A DNA stretch of 63,921 bases, the filler included, from Octopus bimaculoides (Eukaryota), in the NCBI RefSeq assembly GCF_001194135.2. It is 5 parts of 4 records of this genome, joined end to end, with 100 filler letters (N's around TTAATTAATTAA, not from the genome) between each part and the next. Parts side by side here need not be neighbours in the genome. Positions count along the whole stretch, not along the records: positions 49,617 to 61,570 come from NC_068984.1; positions 61,671 to 62,813 come from NC_068984.1; positions 62,914 to 63,921 come from NW_026319504.1; 2 more parts are not named here. One strand, given 5' to 3'. The translations under genes and the position numbers were made by a program. Positions 61,042 through 63,921 of the stretch are shown in pieces. Position 1 is the stretch's first letter; the number at the start of each line of letters is the position of its first letter. Under the pieces are notes generated by a model. The model was given only the letters and a program-made list of their open reading frames with translations, was not told where the DNA came from and did not search any database.

Positions 61042-61538
61042 GGTAGTGGTAACGATCATGAACGCGAATTTGATGAATGCGATGATGACGAACGCGATGA
61101 CGATATCGAATGTGATAATAATGTCGACTGTAATCATCGTTGTCATCGTCATCATCGTTCTCCTCGTCATCACCCTTCCTTACCTCTTCTTCCTCCTCTT
61201 CTTCATCATCATCGTCATCATCATCATCATCATCAACGTCACCATAAACATCCGCTACAGCTGTCCGTTACAATTTATTGGGCTGTCTATAATTCCGATT
61301 TAAACCTTTCATTTTTCATCTACGTTGTATTATATACGTACATGTATATTTGCGTACATACATACATACATACATGCATTTATACATGCATGCGTACAAT
61401 CATGTGTGTTTAGATATGCCAGCACGTAGAGGTGCATAAATATATATATACATGTATATACACATATACACTGACCATATGTTTATAAATACGTACATAT
61501 AGATATCCATAATTATATGTATATACATATATGCGTGA

Positions 61539-61570
<32 letters not shown>

Positions 61571-61670
61571 NNNNNNNNNNNNNNNNNNNNNNNNNNNNNN
61601 NNNNNNNNNNNNNNTTAATTAATTAANNNNNNNNNNNNNNNNNNNNNNNNNNNNNNNNNNNNNNNNNNNN

Positions 61671-62025
61671 CGGACTCGCGGTAGTAGGATCGCGGTTTCG
61701 ATTCCCAGACCGGGCGTTGTGAGTGTTTATTGAGCGAAAACACCTAAAGCTCCATGAGGCTCCGGCAGGGGATGGTGGCGAACCCTGCTGTACTCTTCCA
61801 CCACAACTTTCTCTCACTCCTTCTTCCTATTTCTGTTGTACCTGTATTTCAAAGGGTCAGCCTTGTCACACTGTGTCACGCTGAATATCCCCGAGAACTA
61901 CGTTAAAGGTACACGTGTCTGTGGAGTGCTCAGCCACTTGCACGTTAATTTCACGAGCTGGCTGTTCCGTTGATCGGATCAACTGGAACCCTCGACGTCG
62001 TAAGCGACGGAGTGCCAACAACAAC
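61671..62025 (+). mobile_element. SINE family C (5' end in gap), ending in (AAC)3 and followed by a family A tail remnant
   Basis: CGGACTCGCGGTAGTAGGATCGCGGTTTCGATTCCC...CGACGGAGTGCCAACAACAAC; collinear with 47853-48211. Confidence 0.9.
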
Positions 62026-62760
62026 TGGCCTTGTACCAAAATCGGAAAAAATATTTTAACTGTTACTGCATTTTAGTTGGAGTGGCTAATTCTGCTAAAT
62101 TTCTTTCACAGACCTTGTATACACACGTGCATACATACATATTCTACTATACGTACATGTATGTATGTATGTATGTATGTATGTATGTATACGACTAACA
62201 AACAGAGAAGTTAGTACATGACACCCACAGGTAATAAAATACAAAAGATAGCTAACATGAAAGTGATGTATTGAGTGAGATGTATATGGATGGCTGGGTA
62301 GGTAACTGCCTTGTAAGAATTCCGCCATACGTTTCATTCAGTGACTTTTCTTGTGAATTATTTCCAAATAACATGTGGTTTGTGACAGGCTGTAGTCTAA
62401 GCTTTATCTCTCATATACAGACATTGAGATAAAGTTTGAGAGAACAGCATACGTACCCAAAATTACATCTTCAAATGTATATCAGAAAACAAGATAAAAC
62501 GCTAATAATATTAATCTCATATTTTTTCACCTTTTATTTGTTATTGTAAGTTTCATATGTTGATTTCTGAACTGCTTAGATTAGAATTAAGAATAGTGGA
62601 ATCATATACATGGTTTCAATTCCCGTGTGGTCATTTTTCCCTCCCTTTGCGCGACAAAGTATTAAAATCTTCCATTTTAAGTCCAAATCTGGTTCTCTTG
62701 TTTACTTTATTTCAAGACCAAATATCTCTCACTCACTTTCTTTCTCTCTCTATCTCTTTC

Positions 62761-62813
<53 letters not shown>

Positions 62814-63751
62814 NNNNNNNNNNNNNNNNNNNNNNNNNNNNNNNNNNNNNNNNNNNNTTAATTAATTAANNNNNNNNNNNNNNNNNNNNNNNNNNNNNNN
62901 NNNNNNNNNNNNNCATTTATTGTTATTATTCATATCTTCTCAAAATGTATCACTTTAACTTGGCATCTCTACCTGTAAAACGGCTGTGATATCTTGGTTT
63001 TTTAGTGTAATTTTGCTACCTCTGGTAACTATTAACATATTTACATTGTCAAAGGTTTTTTTAAAAACTGAGATAATATTAATATATACATAAACTAATA
63101 TATATGTGTGTGTGAGTATGTATATATATGCACACACAAACACACACAGCAGCAGCATCTGAACAAAAACCTTTCTTTCAAAAAAGAAAATGGTTCCAAA
63201 ACAGAAGGAAAAAAGCAAGAAACTGCAAAAATAAGAAAGGAAAGATGTTGAAGGCCAAGAGATCAGCAGGGCAAGAAGGGTATCAGAGAATGTGTAAAGG
63301 TTATAACAGGGTGCTGTGAGAACATATGGATATTGTATGATATCAGTGTGAACACAGGATGTCAGCTGATATTGGGAGAGGGCTTCTGGAGGAGGAGTCA
63401 TGAACACAGAGACCCCCCTGAGTGAGGTTGAGAGAGAGAGAGACAGACAGAGAGGAAAGGGAGAGAGGAGAGAGAGAGAGACAAAAAGAGAGAGAGAGGA
63501 GAGGGAGAGACAGAAAGAGAGAGAGAGGAGAGGGAGAGAGAGAGAGAGGAGAGACAGAGAGGAGAGGAGAGAGACAGAGAGGAGACAGAGAGGGAGGGAG
63601 ATGGATGGAGATAGATGATGGATGGATGGATAAAAAGAGAAAGAGTCAGACAGAGAGAACATCTTTCAGTTTTTGTTTTCTGAATCCTTTAAAAGGCGTT
63701 TGTTGTCCCCAGGGCTATAATAGAAAACAGTTGCCCATGCTATACATATAC

Positions 63752-63785
<34 letters not shown>

Positions 63786-63886
63786 GTATACATATTTATT
63801 TATTTATTTATTTATGTTTCAGCCAAGTGGCTGCGGTCATGCTGGTGCACCACCGTGAAAATATGTATGAGATGTATGTATGTATA

Positions 63887-63921
<35 letters not shown>

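Larger units (their letters stand above)
1..63921. repeat. Pervasive microsatellites ((TA)n, (CA)n, (GA)n, (TACA)n, (TCTA/TCTG)n, (GGAT)n, (AAT)n, (ACT/ACC)n, (GAT)n), mostly flanking N-gaps
   Basis: Directly visible, e.g. (ATT)n 4668-4757, (TCTG/TCTA)n 21815-22012, (GA)n 20481-20597 and 27397-27508, (GGAT)n 31026-31098, (AAT)n 58043-58088. Most gaps begin or end in such tracts. Confidence 0.98.

Noticed and set aside
1014-63662. Long ORF-track entries (e.g. 20376-21382, 34274-35048, 38839-39556, 50297-51490, 62955-63662, and the poly-CV/HT/IY/I/N/D ORFs)
   Set aside because: They run through N-gaps or stop-free microsatellites and have no protein-like content.

Overview
AT-rich eukaryotic scaffold with many N-gaps and very dense microsatellites. 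I recognise its interspersed repeats from memory as octopus-type (tRNA-derived SINEs of the kind described as OK/OR), so the source is inferred to be an Octopus genome. No intact protein-coding gene can be called with confidence. Most ORF-track entries are artefacts of microsatellites or N-runs. Supportable content: at least four SINE families; relics of R4/Dong-like, Tx1/L1-like, Penelope-like (GIY-YIG) and mariner elements; and a decayed, apparently intronless class A GPCR (9814-10860, minus). The most interesting signals are RNA-level. (1) Two unrelated families of type I hammerhead ribozymes: a tandem pair about 343 nt apart at 25525-26097, and a family with copies at 26268-26312 (downstream of a Penelope endonuclease) and 60266-60310 (between 88-bp direct repeats). 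These resemble retrozyme or Penelope pseudo-LTR units. (2) A 1.58-kb ORF1-only Tx1-like element inserted into the tRNA-derived head of a SINE with an apparent 5-bp target duplication. All calls come from manual reading, translation and folding. No database searches or folding programs were run, and repeat boundaries are approximate.
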